A stretch of DNA of 9,392 bases from Octopus sinensis (Eukaryota), in NCBI RefSeq assembly GCF_006345805.1, contig NW_021827931.1, forward strand, positions 1 to 9,392, given 5' to 3'. Numbering within the stretch: position 1 is the first letter of the stretch; each line of letters opens with the position of its first letter. The position numbers and the translations under genes were made by a program. Shown here piece after piece: positions 8,009-9,392 of the stretch. The notes below the pieces were generated by a model. That model was given only the letters and a program-made list of their open reading frames with translations, did no database searches and was not told the DNA's origin.

Positions 8009-8741
8009 CTATAGGAGCACACTTAGAGAAGGCCCATTTACTCTGGCCATTCTTGTCACATTTAACCGCCCTTCAACGAAATTACTGGGTGCCAGTAGCT
8101 CCCTCTCTAGCCTCACTTCCCTTTTCAATTGGAACCTGAAAAGTCTATGAGGCCTTGGCCAAAGACGAAGGTACCCGTCTTCAACTCTTTTAATCATGTT
8201 CATCACACAACCTCTTTTGCCATAGCCACAAGACAGAAAAATTACCCCCCCCCCATCGCGGCCATAGGAAGGAGATGGAGCGATCTTCACAAGGGACTGG
8301 GACGATAGCCTGATTCGTCCTATACGTAACAATAACTGTTCGACAAATCTCCATAAGGAGTCTGGTGAAGGCGCGTGGCTTAGTGGTTAGGGCATTCGGC
8401 TCACGATTGTAAGGTCGTGATTTGATTCCCGGCGACGCGTTGTGTCCTTGAGCAAGACACTTTATTTCACGTTGCTCCAGTCCACTCAGCTGGCAAAAAT
8501 GAGTGGTACCTGTATTTCAAAGGGCCAGCCTTGTCACACTTTGTGTCACGCTGAATCTCCCTGAGAACTACGTTAGTGGTACGCGTGTCTGGGGATTGCT
8601 CAACCACTTGTACGTTAATTTCACGAGCAAGCTGTTCCGTTGATCGTTGTCAGCTGGGACCCTCGTCGTCGTAACCGACGGAGTGCTCCCCCCATAAGGA
8701 GACTGTACGAGAGCATGCAGAACGATTTCATTGCTTTGCGG
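8009..8741 (-). pseudogene. Decayed C-terminus of an L1/Tx1-type non-LTR retrotransposon ORF2, interrupted by a SINE
   Basis: Minus-strand translation PQSNEIVLHALVQ (remnant of a zinc-knuckle ETxxHxxxxC motif, 8741-8703), then after SINE removal and a frame change LWRFVEQLLLRIGRIRLS...FRFQLKREVRLERELLAPSNFVEGRLNVTRMARVNGPSLSVLL*. The middle appears frameshifted. Confidence 0.65.
8365..8691 (+). mobile_element. Full-length tRNA-derived SINE, family C, with 14-bp TSD
   Basis: A-box TGGCTTAGTGG, degenerate B-box GATTTGATTCC, GTTGTGTCCTTGAGCAAGACACTTT...TCCACTCAGCTG..AAATGAGT central domain; TSD CCATAAGGAG(T/A)CTG at 8351-8364 and 8692-8705. Confidence 0.92.
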
Positions 8742-8760
8742 TAATTAGTCCTTCTTTATA

Positions 8761-8910
8761 TTCAGATTTCAAATTCAGTCGAGATAGATATTGCTTTCCT
8801 TCCTTAAGGACGATAAATAAGTACCAGTCAAGCACTGGGGTTTATAATATTGATTTAAACCCCTCCCTATCAAAGCGCTGGGCCTTGTACCAAAATTTTG
8901 AAACCAATAT
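8761..8910 (+). mobile_element. Diverged 5'-truncated SINE, family D (Nin/Deu-domain-like)
   Basis: TTCAAATTC..CGAG...TTGCTTTCCTTCCTT..GGACGATAAATAAGTACCAG resembles the GCCTTTCATCCTT..GGTCGATAAAAT.AGTACC core recalled for Nin/Deu SINEs. Confidence 0.6.
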
Positions 8911-9392
8911 TTTATATCGATTTTTTCCAAGCTTCGTAAATCAATCAATTAATCAACAAATAATAAATATACTGATAGAGGGGTGGGAGCAAGGAGCTTT
9001 TTGATATAATAATTTTTTTATAAAATGATAAAATTATATGATAAAATTTTCATTTATTAACCTGATTTTGAGGTTTAGCCCTAGGTAACCCAAACCTGCT
9101 TGACCAAGTGCTTAACAGCAGATCAGTAATTAAGATGAACGTCTATAATAATAAAATTGTTACTGTTGTTACGTTTGTTTTTTACATCCGGAGCACAGAT
9201 CAGCTCTAATCGTATATACCTGCTGTTTTTTTCGCATTGTTTAACCACAGGCCGTCGTTTAAGTAGAAAACCTATTGTTGGCGTTTATATTTTCAGTATC
9301 AAGTCAAAGGTCAAATCTGATCGACCGTAGCTAACATCGTTGCTGCTATTGTTTCGTGGTTGATGTTGTTTACGCTCAGGCCAAAGATCACG

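Noticed and set aside
7843-8139. 98-aa plus-strand ORF starting MKKKK
   Set aside because: Starts in the SINE poly(A) tail and runs antisense to the retrotransposon relic.

Overview
AT-rich, non-coding animal DNA made almost entirely of (TA)n/(TG)n microsatellites and retroelement debris. The SINE families look like those of octopus/cephalopod genomes (recognition from memory, not a database hit). No intact protein-coding gene is supported; almost all listed ORFs are microsatellite or SINE read-throughs. The window holds several tRNA-derived SINEs of about four families (two with clear TSDs), a decayed L1/Tx1-type ORF2 C-terminus, a ~700-bp near-perfect palindrome and an 11-bp minisatellite. 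The main finding is a ~2.2-copy tandem array of a ~581-bp non-coding unit (5042-6333). Each full unit carries a minus-strand type I hammerhead ribozyme with a palindromic minimal stem III and a long stem II. The array ends in an inverted segment and sits inside a (TA)n tract, the layout of a non-autonomous Penelope-like/retrozyme element that could yield a ~583-nt self-cleaved and possibly circular RNA.
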